64,000 bases of DNA, taken from NCBI RefSeq assembly GCF_006345805.1, contig NC_043000.1:39990001-40054000 (forward strand), read 5' to 3'. The notes under the pieces were generated by a model. It worked only from the letters and a program-made list of their open reading frames with translations. It made no database searches and was not told where the DNA came from. The translations under genes and the position numbers were made by a program. The DNA is from Octopus sinensis (Eukaryota). Shown piece by piece: positions 39,178 to 52,578 of the stretch (positions are counted from its first letter, which is position 1; each line of letters starts with the position of its first letter).

Positions 39178-41869
39178 TATGTAGTCAGCCAGCCGTAGAC
39201 GATTGAATACATGTATGACTGTTAGAGTGTGACAATCACTGTTTTGGAGTCTACACAGCCAGAAAAAATACAATACATACCACACACAACTACTACTACT
39301 ACAACCACTGACAAAGCCTCTGCTTGGGTACTCGACCTGCTAGAAATAGCAACCAAATCCCTCTCGAGTTAAACCACTTTAGCATCGGATAGTGAATATT
39401 GTCCTAGACAGATGTACTGTATCTGAATGAAATAGCAATTATTTTCAAACCAACAAACCACGAACACTACTTCAAACACTACAACATTTCGCCTACCACT
39501 ATCAACAACACTACTATCACCACAACTGCAATCATGACCGTCACCGCTGCCACCAAAACTATCAGCCAACAACACTACATTTCTCTATAAAGACAGTCTT
39601 TATACACAGAAACGAGGTTAGACAAACTATAACAACAACGATAACCTTTCCACCTATAAATTTAACCACTCCCTTCCACTATCAAGACCACCACCACCAC
39701 CACCATCACAGTACATACCCATAGGCGACTAGAATCTAATTGAAACCATTCTATCTACATACACAACCGCCACTATCACTATTATCACAGCCGCTTTTAC
39801 TTCCAACGATGATGATGATTTATAATTAAGGTTCCACTTTCAGTCAGAATTCTCCTCGCAGAGATGGTCATAACAACATTTGTCTGCTAAATCCCCCCCA
39901 CCTTTTTTTTTGGAAGGAGGGATACTCTATCGCATGTCTGTCGGCGACTTCACTGTGTGCTGTGATGATGGTGTTTAGCGCCAGATCAGTTTTTATCGAG
40001 CACACCTATGATAAAAGATCTTTCCAGTCGTAACCACTGCGTTTTTGAATGTCTTAATGCATTTCCGAAACTACTTTTCCTAATGTGTCCTTCATTTCTC
40101 CCGACAGTAAGGTGTGATTTGGCAGCTATTTCTTCTAGCAAGTCGAGTCATGTTGGGGAGTTTGGTGTGTGTGTGTGACGTTGTGTTAATTAAGTATGTG
40201 TCTATGTAGTTTGCACGGAGTTTCAGTAGGGTTATCTATAGAAAAGACCGACAATTGGGTAGGTAGTCTGTCAGCTATAGTATATAAAAATATGAAGTAT
40301 ATGAGTATTTTCTATAACAGTATCTCACTAAAAGATATTTTATTATTGAATACCTGGATCCAGTTACTGAGAAATCAGACTTTTACAATAAGTCACCTGA
40401 AAAATTTAAACTTTTACTTTTTTTTCCTTTCGCTTTAAAGCAATTTCTCACGTTTATGATGTGACACAAACATTGTGTATGAATGATCTGGTGGATTCGC
40501 TATGTGAAGTTGTGTTTAGGGTGTATATGTTAATGTATGTGAAAGTGTGTATGCGTTAGCGCGGTAGCTATCTCAGCCATATGTGTATGTGTCGGTTAGT
40601 TTAGATGTGTGCAGTGTGTTTATGTACACGCCGAATAGTTCGACTGAGTCAGTGAAAGAGACTACGTGGGCGCACATGCTAAAAATAACAGCCAAATCTC
40701 CTTCAAATTGCACCCTTACTGCCGTCTTTAAAAAAAAAAGGAAAGACATTTGACGACGTAAATCTGAATAAAAGACGGGGTGATCACGGATAGAATGCCT
40801 CTAATCAAAGGTCTGCTCGATTAGGTTTGACCTAGGGCTAAACAACATCAATAGACATACAGTAAAGCGAGATTGGAGCAGGAGAGTTGTATAATGTAGG
40901 TAGATTATGTGTTGGAGAGAGAGGGAGAGAATGACATTGATGGGGCGGGCAGATTTTGGCAACTGAAGTATGTCCAGCAACCAGAGCTTTTATTAGAACC
41001 GCTACATCAACGAAGACTTGGTCTTGGGGTTCGATTGTGCCATTTTCCTGTTCAACAGAACTCAATTGCAGTAGCCAGATGGAAAAGACACTGCGAGTGC
41101 GAGGAGTTAGCAGTCTCAACCAATCAAAATGTACCTGAATCGAGGGCAAAAAGACAATGAACACACACATACCAAGCATGCTGAGCAAAATGACACAAAT
41201 ACACACACATAGTTTCTTATATTTCTAGTCATATCTTCTTCAAATCACACATTATTCTCCGAAAATGGAATAGTCACTGATCAAGGTTGTCTTAGGACCA
41301 AAAAATAACCACCAACGAGGTAGCTGCTAGAAACCGCAGTTAAATCTCTCCCGAATTACGCCCTATCACCTTAAACATGAAGGACACATTGAACAATGTA
41401 ATCCTAAAGGTACTCGTGATTGGAATACGTTTGATCATGAAGTCGCTCGATCAGACTTGACCTGCGGTTAATCAATAACGGAAGTATTCATGATAATATA
41501 ATGGGATAGGCAAGGTTGGAGCGGGGCATGTCGTTCACCGTAGGTAGATTCCACAAATTAGTTGTCTGTGATTACTCAAAAAGAAAAATTCAAATAAAAA
41601 GTGACAGAGTCGAACTAAATCAGTTTACAGTATCTAATTTCATTACTTTCCGAGATCAAATCTCGGTGGCCGACTTTGCTTTCATGTCCCCTAAGGATGA
41701 AGAAATAAATATCAGGTGCGCTCATACAACTCAACTCCAGTTTTGTGGATGATTAAGGTGTAGAGATTATTGCACCAATGTTTGAAATCGGGCTTAATCT
41801 GTTATCATGATTCCATTCGAAGTGAATTTATAGGATTTACAGTATTATTTAAAGTACCCCGGTACTTCA

Positions 41870-43200
41870 GAGGTGCTTTATTTGATCAACACCAAGAAAG
41901 ATGAAAGGCAAAGTTGACTTCGGCGGGATTTGAACTGAGAACGTAAAGGGAGTTTAACGCGATGCTCTAACAATTCAGCCAGTAGATATGATGAAAATAT
42001 TCACAAAAGGGTTTCCAGAAGTAGCCCTCGGAGGTTTATCCCCTTTCTGTGAATTATTCCTATCTCATCTTTGTTCTTATTTACCTTATACACATTTTTT
42101 TTGCGTAATTCCACGCAGTACCGCACCCAATGTTTTTTGTCAATCATAAAGAATAGTAGTTAATGAAGAAAATCATCATCATTAATACAATAATTATGAA
42201 CATCAAGGCGGAACCGTTAGAAGGTCGAAGAAAATAATTTGCTGTATTTACTTTTTACAATCGGAGTTCACATTCTGTCGCGGTCAACTTTGCCATTCAT
42301 CCCTCTAGGGTCGATAAAATAAAGTACCAATCTAATACCTGTGGGTCAATGGTATCCACTCACACCCTCCCCTCAAAATGTCTTGTGCCTAAATCTGCAA
42401 GCATCATTAAAGGCCACAGATTGACAGAAGCTTTAGAACGTCGGGGAGGGGGGTGCTTTACTGCATTCTTTATGTTTTGAGTTCGAATCCCGTTGAAGTC
42501 AACTTCGTTTTTCATCCCTCTGGGATCGATATAATAGAGTAACAGCCAAGTACTGAGGTCGATGGTACTAACTACTCTCCATCTACTCAAAATTGCTGGC
42601 CTTGTGTCTAAATAAATAAAAAAAAAACATTCAACATTCTTCCAGCTCTTTTACGATCCGAGTTCAAATACCACCGAGGTTTACTTTGTCTGTCATCCTT
42701 TCGCGGTCGATGAAATAAGTACCAGTCAAGTTCTAAAGAGGAAGCAGGGAAAGCGATGAACTCCTTTAAAATCGCTAGCCGCGTTTTACAATTAAAAACA
42801 ATTATTATTATTATTATAGGGTGGCGAGCTGACTGGAGCGTTAGCATGCGGAGCAAAATGCTTAGCGTCCGTCTCTACGTCCCGAGTTCAAATTCCGCCG
42901 AGGTCAACTTTGCCTTTCATCCTTTCAGGGTCGATAAACTAAGTACCACTGGGGGTCGATGTGATCGACTAGTCCCCTCCTACAAAATTTCAGACCTTGT
43001 GCCTTTAGTAGACAAGATTATTATTTAGGGTAGTCGACCCGTTGAATCGTTAGAGCGACAGACTGCTGTAGTATTTTATCTTGGTTCTTTACATGCCGAG
43101 TTCAAACTCTGTGGTTATCAAAACCAAGTTCAGATCCCCGCTAAACCAATTTAACTTTTCATCCTTACAAGTTAGTGGAAGGGGATATATATATATAATC
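41870..43200. mobile_element. Cluster of about six SINE family A copies (first on minus, rest on plus)
   Basis: The motif gagttcaaat...gtcaactttgcctttcatcc recurs near 42265, 42480, 42660, 42885 and 43100, and in reverse near 41905-41940. Confidence 0.8.
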
Positions 43201-43455
43201 CGTCGCCTTGTCCTCTTTGTCGGTCTGTCTGTCATGTTATCAATCATTATTACAAATGTGGCAGCGGGAGGAGGGGAATACACTAATCGAATAAAGCATT
43301 CGACGTCAAAAGTAAATACCTCCCGCCCTTACAAAAAAAAAAAAAAAGAATTACAATTCAATCACTCAAAAACATTTAATTAACGGAGTCAATAATAATA
43401 ATAATAATAATATTTAAAAAAAACAAGAAAAGTGTGTGTGTGAATGACTCCTCAC

Positions 43456-45130
43456 CTTCTGAAGAAAAAGAAATAGTTCTATGTATAGTATGTCTCCTAC
43501 GACAGCGTTGATAAACGGTTCCAATTTGGTAAAATCCCTCCTGGCTGCGCTGGGCCGGCACTCCACTGGTAAACATCAATAACAATGGGAGTGCTACACT
43601 AAAGATGAGCGATAACAACGTTGTTGACGATGACAATGATGACGACGATTATGATGACGGTGAGACAATGATAAGATGACAAAGGTAATGAACGATAGAG
43701 TAAGCGATGACCAAGTAGATTTTGTGTGTGTGTATGTATATATATGTGTGTGTGTGTGTATTATACGGTGTGGTGAGGATATTTAGCTTTGTGTGTATGT
43801 TTGTAATATATGTATAAATGCTTGGTTGATTATAGTGTATTGTTGTCTATGAGAAGGGATGGGTGGGAGACTTTTCAAAAATAAAAATAAAGAATGAATA
43901 ATAATTATTACGACGACGGGGATGAGGGGGGTGAAGGCAGTAATAATAATGATGGGAACTAAATTTGGCAAAAATTAAAACGAAAACAAAATGACATTAC
44001 ACGCGGAGTGTAAGACGAAGGAAAGAAAGCCGAAGACAACAAAAACAGTAAATAAAAGAAAAAATAAAAGGGCCAGGGATGAGATGGGCAGTGGTGTATG
44101 TATGGTGTGTGTGTGTGTATGTGTCACATCAGTAATATATATGTTAGGTAGGTAGAAATGGAGAAATGGATTGATCCACAACGGCTTCCCAGAGAATCAA
44201 ACACTGAATGATTGAATAGCTTAGTTCGTTGGTTTTTGTAGCAGTGATGATAGTAGTGATGGTGAAGTGCAGAGAGAAAATGAAAAAGGGGTACAACAGA
44301 AAGTGAGAGAGTGAGTGAGTGAGTGAGTGTGTGTGAGAGAGACATAGATAGAATGAAGCGAGTTAGAAGCTGTCAGTGAGATGGAAGGAGGGGGGGATAA
44401 TTCTCTCGCAGTGTTGGAGTTGGAGGTGAGAGAAACGGAAAACAAAGAGCGAGAGGGGTAGGGTTACAGGGTGAGTGGAGTCGAAATCAGAGGGGGGGAA
44501 GTAGTGGAGGGAGTTGAAAGGAGAAGCGTGAAAGTAACAAGAGTGAGAGGGAAAGAAAAGAAAAAAACGAATGCAGAGATAGAAAGAATCAGGCAGTTCT
44601 GGGAAGAGTGAGAGAGAGAGAGACAGAAGAATGAGATAGAAAAATATATTCAGTAAAAGGTGAGAACGATGCAGAGGCAGAGAAGACAGATAGCGAAAGA
44701 TAGAAAACAGCAGGCGGTATAAGTGAAAGTAAGAACGTAGAGAGAGAGGGTGGAAGAGAGAGAGAGAGTGGAAGAGAGAGAGAGAGAGGAAGAGAGAGAC
44801 TACAATCAACCTTTGTTTTATTAACGAGAGACAGTGAGGAAGTCGGAGAGAGAGAGACACGCAGAGAGGCAGTGAAGAACAGCACTGAGTATGTAGAGAA
44901 CAAGGAAGATAAACAGAGAGAGAGAGGGGGTAAGAAAGAATATATATATATATACGATGAGATTTAACAGAGGAGACAAGACAAGACAAGAGAAAGAGGA
45001 CACACACAGAGTTGGAGAAGGCGAAGGACAAAGGTGAAAAGAAAGCGATAAAACAAGAGTGACGACTAAAGGAAGAGAAGAGGAGGAGATAAAGGTTTAA
45101 AATCAGAGAAGTGAGGAGGCGGAGACAGGT
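43456..45130 (-). other. Candidate first exon or long leader of an unidentified minus-strand transcript
   Basis: Consensus donor AAG|GTGAGG at 43456/43455. About 1.5 kb of pyrimidine-rich minus-strand sequence lies upstream. An ATG at 43576 opens 40 codons to the donor. No homology recognised. Confidence 0.3.
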
Positions 45131-45364
45131 AGTGGAAGTAGACAGTATCTGTACAGTGTTTGTTGCGTACGGGGAGATACAATGTTTGGATTAGGAAAAG
45201 TTGTGAATGGAGAAGAAGGACCATACTAAAAAGTCACACTAGAGTCGGCCACAAGACTTCCCCCTCCAGATAGATATACAGCGGATTATGTGAGTCTGCA
45301 CATACACGTGCACACATTTTCATATACACACGGACATGGATAGATGAGAATTTCAAACACACTT

Positions 45365-45575
<211 letters not shown>

Positions 45576-45577
45576 AT

Positions 45578-45983
45578 ACTCTCTTTTACTCTTTACTCTT
45601 TTGCTTGTTTCAGTCATTTGACTGTTGCCATTCTGGAGCACCGCCTTTAGTCGAGCAAATTGACCCTAGGACTTATTCTTTGTAAGCCTAATACTTATTC
45701 TCTCGATTCTTTTGCAGAACCGCTAAGTTACGGGGATGTAAACACACCAGCATCGGTTGTCAAGCGATGTTGGGGGGAGACAAACAGACAAACAAACACA
45801 CACACACATATACATATATACGACGGGCTTCTTTCAGTTTCCGTCTACTAAATCCACTCACAAGGCATTGGTCGGCCCGAGGCTATAGTAGAAAACACTT
45901 GCCCAAGGTGCCACGCAGTGGGACTGAACCCGGAACCATGTGGTTCGTAAGCAAGCTATTTGCCACACAGCCACTCCTACGTC
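45578..45983 (-). mobile_element. SINE family B, full length, young
   Basis: Complete, with most CpGs intact; inserted in the GATA array. Confidence 0.9.
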
Positions 45984-47477
45984 TATGATATAGATAGAAA
46001 GATAGAAATATAGATAGAGATATAAAGATAGATAGATATAGTTAGACAGAGATAGATTGATACAGACAGAGATATAAATAGATAGATAGATAGATAGATA
46101 TAGGCAGAGATATAGACAGAAATACAGAGAGATATATAGATATAAACAGAGATATTAATAGATAGGTAGGTAGACAGATAGCTATAGATAGAAAGATAGA
46201 AAGCTAAACCACCCACAAGCCACCAAACCGTGTTAAAAGAGGAGAGCTCATTAGGTTATGTGAATTCGATGTGCACATGTGAAGACTCAGAGTTATCCAG
46301 GACAGCGATACCAGTTTTGATAGCAGTTGTTGGACTATAATTTCGTTATTGATCTTAAGAGAAAGGGATGTTAAAAGTTGCAATACCCCAATTCTTTTGC
46401 GAAGTGTTCCACGGTAGAGCTATATGTGAGCAGCAAGTCTGTGCATGTACACACACTGTATGATCAAACGGACACAGTAGCTGCTACACTAGAACGTACA
46501 TTTTGGATCAACTATCTTGTTAAATACACTGTACTGAAACAGCCCCACAGACACTACTAATTCCACTTTAATACCACACTGCGTCTGCTGTACTCAAGCT
46601 ACACTACACTCATCTAACACTAATACACTAAAGACAGTTCTATCTAGTACTTAGGAGAGGCACATATATAACGTACGTGTGTACACAATAGACAAACATA
46701 TTTCAGACACACCGGCTCAACCCGTATCAAAACACCACGATCACAAGTGTGTACGTTCTAATCATCACATATTATTCAGACAGTGTGTCTTGGACTACAT
46801 TACTTAATGTGCCCTTCAGTATTTAAAAAGTTAGGAAGTAATTTGGAGGTAAAATTGGTTGCTATAATGCGAAGATGTAGAGTGACGAAAAATTCTCTCG
46901 TTGGCAATCCACTGATTGTTGTTGCGTAGCCCAATACGAAATCATCGAACAGACTGAATGGTCATGGTTACAATGCGTTTGACCATAGGTCTGCTCGAAA
47001 AAGACTGCTTTAGGGGCAAACCGCTAAGTCATACGCAGTCGTTCAACTTGACAGACGACATTAGTCAGGTTAACCTCAAATCACATGCAAAACCCTGCTG
47101 CCTAGAAAAAGTAAATGGCGCAGTGGAAATCCCTAAATCGAGACGGTCATGGTTGGAATGTATAGCTTAAACAACAACCGCATGTAAGCCATGTACTAAT
47201 TTAGTACTACAGTGCTGTTTGATTTAGCTCCAAGACAAACAGGATCTAGCACAGCCATGATCGAAGGTATTCCAGCTAATTACATTTCGCCTAGGACATT
47301 TTCAAGACGGTGGACAGTGATCTGAGAGAGATTTAACTGCTCTTTCTTGCAAGCCGAGCGACCAAGCAAAGGCTCCTTCTGAGATGATATTGAAAACTAC
47401 TGAGACTTATTCGATGACACAAGCAGTGTCATGTACGTTATCGTCTATCACAAACCAACCAGCCTAGCCGACAATCG

Positions 47478-47487
47478 ATGACGTCAT
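47478..47487. promoter_or_regulatory. Perfect palindromic CRE/ATF site ATGACGTCAT
   Basis: Exact match to the full CRE TGACGTCA at 47479-47486, in non-repeat, CpG-retaining DNA. Function untested. Confidence 0.4.
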
Positions 47488-47843
47488 TGCGACACCACTC
47501 TCTACTTCTTCTTACCTCTTACTCATACTCCTCTCCCTCTTGCCTGACACCAATTTATATAGTGTCAGCCTGCCTTTATCTGTTTGTGTGAGTCGGCCTG
47601 CCTGTCTGTCCTGCTGCGCTTAAGTGAATTGGTTGTCAGTTCTATTTCCACCAAGACACTGCTCCTTTTATTCTTCGTTACACACAAATACAGTTAAAGA
47701 TAGTAAAACAGTAGAATTCAAGGAACCTAGCGATATTCTGCGACTGCGAAATGATAAACGGCAATAGAAATAGTTCAAACACGAGGAATAAATTTTTATG
47801 CCAGCCTCACTTCCTTTGTCTCTCATTGCCTATCGATAAAAAT

Positions 47844-47876
<33 letters not shown>

Positions 47877-48471
47877 GATCTAACATTAGGCAGTATCATT
47901 TCTTTAACCATAATCACTTCCACCCTCAACTTCTATATAGTCAGTAAGAGGAGAGGGAAGGTTAGGGAAATTGGAGCATCATAGTCAATCGCAAGTGCTA
48001 AAATGTTGGCAGCATGTGATGTGATTGAGTAGACCTACTATAATGATCAAATACGTTCCACCCGTGAACATCCAGTTTTGTGTAACGCAACCTTTATTTC
48101 TCACTACGTCCTTCGTCACTATTTTTATTTGAAGACAATAGGGTGTGATTTGAGAGAATTTGATTGCTATATCTAGCGCACAGATGCAATGGAGTTAAAT
48201 ACACTTAAGTTTTTTTATGAAGAAAAGAAAAGTCCAACATACAAGCAACGGTTAGGATTTATTAGTGGAGAAAATAGGATTTCGTGGTCTTTGTGCATTT
48301 ATGATAATAAAAGTGCATTAAGCGAAGTGAAGTCAAATGTGGAAACTTAGTCGCAGACACGGCTCAGTGGGGAAATAAACAAAAAACAAAATTCTATCAA
48401 ACTCTTGATTTACAACTGAAAGTATCGATAAGAGAGTCTAACTACTAAACTACTACTACCACCACCTAAAG

Positions 48472-49006
48472 CAGTGGTTCTCAACCACTGTTTACTTATG
48501 GACCCCTTTGATTCCTATTTTACTCTACTGGACCTCCATCGCAATTCAATGTGTATATATATATATATATATATAAAACTGAGGTTGTGTGCCGTCTGTC
48601 TCCTACGATTTAGATTCCGAACTACTCCCACATTTTGCGGTGCAGTTTAACCAAAACCGGGTATCATAGTCGTGATTCATATCGAGCCCTTCTGGGTATT
48701 AGCGCGCGTCTACGATTTAAAAAAAAATTTACCATCAATTTTTCCCATTTTTAATGCATTTTTGGCATATATAAGGGAAGTAACTCTCTAAAAATTTATT
48801 ATTAAATCTCAGAACGTAAAAAGCTACAGTAACACCCCCCCTTTGTAGTTAGCCATATTGAGATGGCTATTATACTTTACATCTCTAAAAATGCTTATAT
48901 AGTTATTTCCCTTACAAACCCGAGCAACGCCGGGCGATACTGCTAGTATTATATAAACTTGCATGGCTTAAGCTTTGAGACAAGCGTATGACTACTGGCA
49001 GGATCA

Positions 49007-49037
<31 letters not shown>

Positions 49038-49153
49038 TATTATGACTTGTATTAAAATTTGTTTTTAATATTTTGTGTATTGTAGAAGTATAAGCAATTT
49101 AGTGCACATAAATTTTAGCAAAATCTTATACGGATCCCGGTTGGGAACAACTG
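48472..49153. mobile_element. hAT-type MITE hosting a Helitron insertion
   Basis: Termini cagtggttctcaacc and ggttgggaacaactg. The 8-bp flanks are only 5/8 identical. Confidence 0.6.
48566..48946 (+). mobile_element. Non-autonomous Helitron
   Basis: 3' hairpin cccgagcaacgccggg (48919-48934) then CTAG|T at 48943-48946. The first ~190 bp are homologous to the reverse complement of about 56530-56738. Confidence 0.85.
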
Positions 49154-49254
49154 ATCTACAAGATTGACGGTTCGTTACTGCCATCTTTGGCATTTGAGAT
49201 TGTGAATATCAAAGACATTTAATAATTCATTCTTTGACCCAGATCATCTATTAA

Positions 49255-49360
49255 CCTTTAGCACACTGCATTTTTCTAGAATTGTTTCTCCTGTCACTGC
49301 TCTGTTACTACAAGGGAGAAAACTCATACGGTGTCATGATGCACCTACGGTGTGCTAAGG
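49255..49360. mobile_element. 106-bp piggyBac-type MITE
   Basis: ttaa|cctttagcacac ... gtgtgctaagg|ttaa. Confidence 0.8.
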
Positions 49361-51043
49361 TTAAGTGATTAAGAAGACCAGATGTTTGTCAGTCAGTCAT
49401 AAAGTACGTCGAAATTCATTCTCGGATATATGGGAACAATCAATAAACAATATGCTAAGCTACTCGTGTAAAATCGAAGAGATGAGGTTTCAGGTTGTAT
49501 ATAGATGATATGCACAAGAAATTGACAAAAGAATAAACAATTGTGTTATGAAATCCATTAGCTTACAGCTTTAAGGTACAGTGCACTCATAGTTGAGAGC
49601 TTAAGCATCACCCTATAACTTCAAGTTTCAAACATGAAGCATATGTAGATTGAGTTCTAACACCAGGTTATTAGCATCGCAATGCCTAGGCGAAATATTT
49701 ATACATACATACATGTGTGTGTGTGTGTGTGTGTGCGTGTGATGCCACTTTTAACGAAAAAAAAAACAGTAGAAATAAACTATCCACACAATAATCGAAT
49801 AGGAAGACGTGTTAAAATGTCACCTTTCAGAATATAATATACACACATTATATGTTTTGTCATGCGAGAAACGAAAACTCTTTCCTCCTGCATCTAGCAG
49901 CTCATCTGCGACGGACTGGGGTCCCGTCCAAGTGGGGAACCTATACGCCAATGAAACCGGGAAATCGGCCCTTATGAGCCAGGCATGGCTCGAGAAGGAA
50001 CAAACAACAATATATATATTTTGCCTTTTCCTTTACGGCGGACTATTTTCAACTAAACAGGCGTAAGTATACCAGACGGCTACAAAGCATTCGTGATGTT
50101 TCATAAAATGTACCAGATGTACTTTTGAACGAGCTGTAGTACTCAATTATCTCTTCCTGCTTTGTATTTAGAAGTTTGATTATCGCAATATAAAGAATGT
50201 TTGTTGCTTTCGAAATGCAGCTGTATACCACCTGTCATCGGAATTTTCTGTCTAATCTCGTTATGGGTTGAACTGTATTTGATTAGATTAATAAATTTTA
50301 TTGATTAATTATCGAGTCGTTTGTATTTTCTAAACAAGAGACTAACCAACTGCACTTTACCACAATCACATGACTGATCGTGTGTGTGTGTGTGTGTAAT
50401 TAAATTTTTTGCCGGTAGTTATCTCAATAACAAATCATAACCAGCTAGTAACCAATGTGAGTTGCAAATTAGATTGCAAACTTCACGACTCCAACTGTTA
50501 TAGGCTAACACAGTACAACACTTCCCATTGACCACATTACACAACCTAAATCCAAACTATGTAGGGAAACATTACTGAACAACATATCTATCTTAAAATT
50601 TTCCCAACAAGAATAAAAGATTCATGGTGTAATCTGTGCTCAATATAGCACAATGCTAATATAAGCAGTGACATATATTAATTAATCACAAGCAAAAACT
50701 CAGTGGTGAAGTGAAACAACAACAATCAAAGACTCAAATTTATTCGTTAATTTCAACATAAACATTAATCCCATTGTCTGACTACTTACTGTAAAATCGA
50801 ACAGTCCGGAGCAATGCAAACCGTATATAAATGCGGCAAGAGGATGCAGCTTAAGTACAGCTAAAAACAGTCTTGCGTTAAGAAATATTAAAAATTATCT
50901 AGCTACAAAATCGGAAATATTTAATGAACGCCATTACTTCGATAATTACCTTCTAAAATATCTAAATTTCAAGTCATCACTGGATGAAATGGACCATAAA
51001 TAAACCAGCATACAAGCACTATTTCATAACCCTACATCCCCGA

Positions 51044-51077
<34 letters not shown>

Positions 51078-51079
<2 letters not shown>

Positions 51080-51500
51080 GGTGGCGAAGTGGCAGAATCG
51101 TTAGCATGCCGGGCGAAATGCTTCATGTTCTAATTTGAAATTCAGCCGAGGTCGACTTTGCCTTTCATCCCTTCAGGGTCGATAAATTAAGTACCAGTGA
51201 AACATTGGGGTTGAAGTAATCGACTAGTCCCTTCCCACAGAATTTCAGTAGAAAGGATTATTATTATTATTATATTATTAAAGGTTACGAGTTGGCAGGA
51301 ATCGTTAGCACGTTGGACGAAATGCTTAGCGGTATTTTGTCCGTCTTTACGTTCAGAGTTCTGAGTTCAAATGTCACCGAGGTCGACTTTGCCTTTCATC
51401 CTTTCGGAGTCGATAAATTAAATACCAGTGAGACACAGGGGTCGATGAAATCGGTTAATCCCGCCCCCAAATTTGAGGCCTTGTGCCTCCAATAGAAAAG
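51078..51500 (+). mobile_element. Two tandem SINE family A copies bounded by (TAT)n tracts
   Basis: Heads near 51078 and 51283; (TAT)n at 51047-51078, about 51259-51280 and 51501-51546. Confidence 0.85.
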
Positions 51501-51545
<45 letters not shown>

Positions 51546-51864
51546 GTGTGCGTGTGTACTCACGATTTATAAATAAAGTCAACGAAGGGATAATGGAAAA
51601 TCTAATTACATTAAATAGCTTTTAGGTATTTTACTCCAAATTATTGCTTTCAAACTCTTTAACTGGTAATTAACGTATTCCCCAAATTCCTGATGTTCGT
51701 ACCTGACAGCTTACAGAAGGAATAAAAACAACAAAAAAAAAAGAAAAGAAAAAAGAGAGGGGAGAGGGAGCCAAGGAAGGTGGGAGAGAGATACTACAAT
51801 AACGGAGCAAATGTACAATTTTTTTTGTCTGTTTTGTATTTTTGAAATGATTTTGAAAATGTCT

Positions 51865-52135
51865 CATCTTTTACTTGTTTCAGTCAATGAACTGCAGCCG
51901 TACCGAGTTATCTCTTCGAAGGATTTTGTTAAACAAATCGAACCCAGTAATTATTCTATCGAGCTCTTTTGCAAAACCCGCTAAGTTACGAGAACGTAAG
52001 CAAACCAACACCGGTTGTTAAAACAGTGGTAGGGGACAAATACAAAACACACACACACGTCGCTCTTTTAGTTTCCGTTTTCTAAACCCACTTACAGGTT
52101 TCGATTGGCCTGTGGTTATAGTAGAAGACAGACTA
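51865..52135 (-). mobile_element. SINE family B, diverged, lacking head
   Basis: cttttacttgtttcagtc tail and body homology. Confidence 0.7.
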
Positions 52136-52578
52136 GCGTATTTTAAACTGACTAAAAAAAAATGTTACTGAGTTTCGTGCTTAGATTTTTCAACAATCGC
52201 CTGAAATCTCGCAGAGCGTGAAACTTGAGAAGCAGGCAAATCCTCAGTATAAAATACTACACTATGTACTGAGAGCTGACTTCCTCCACTTCTAAACTGC
52301 ACGACATATATATATTGGAGGAAAAAAGCTTTACGTCTTATAATCAGCTTTTCAAGAAAATTTCCTCATTTTATAACATACAAATAAATTATTCATACAT
52401 CCATTATTTCTCCATTTTCTTTCCCCCTCAATATTGATAATATATAATTTCAATAATCTCTAACATATACCGGTGACTTTTGCATTATATGATAAGGATT
52501 AACCAGTGGAATACCTAGGATTATATAATCCCTAATGAGGATATAACTTCCTCGAATTAACACACACATATATATATA

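Noticed and set aside
43376-43636. ORF resembling a secreted peptide precursor (MSSSTTLLSLIFSVALPLLL...)
   Set aside because: It starts at TTG directly after an in-frame stop, and the hydrophobic stretch comes from low-complexity sequence. Only the ATG at 43576 is kept as a candidate.
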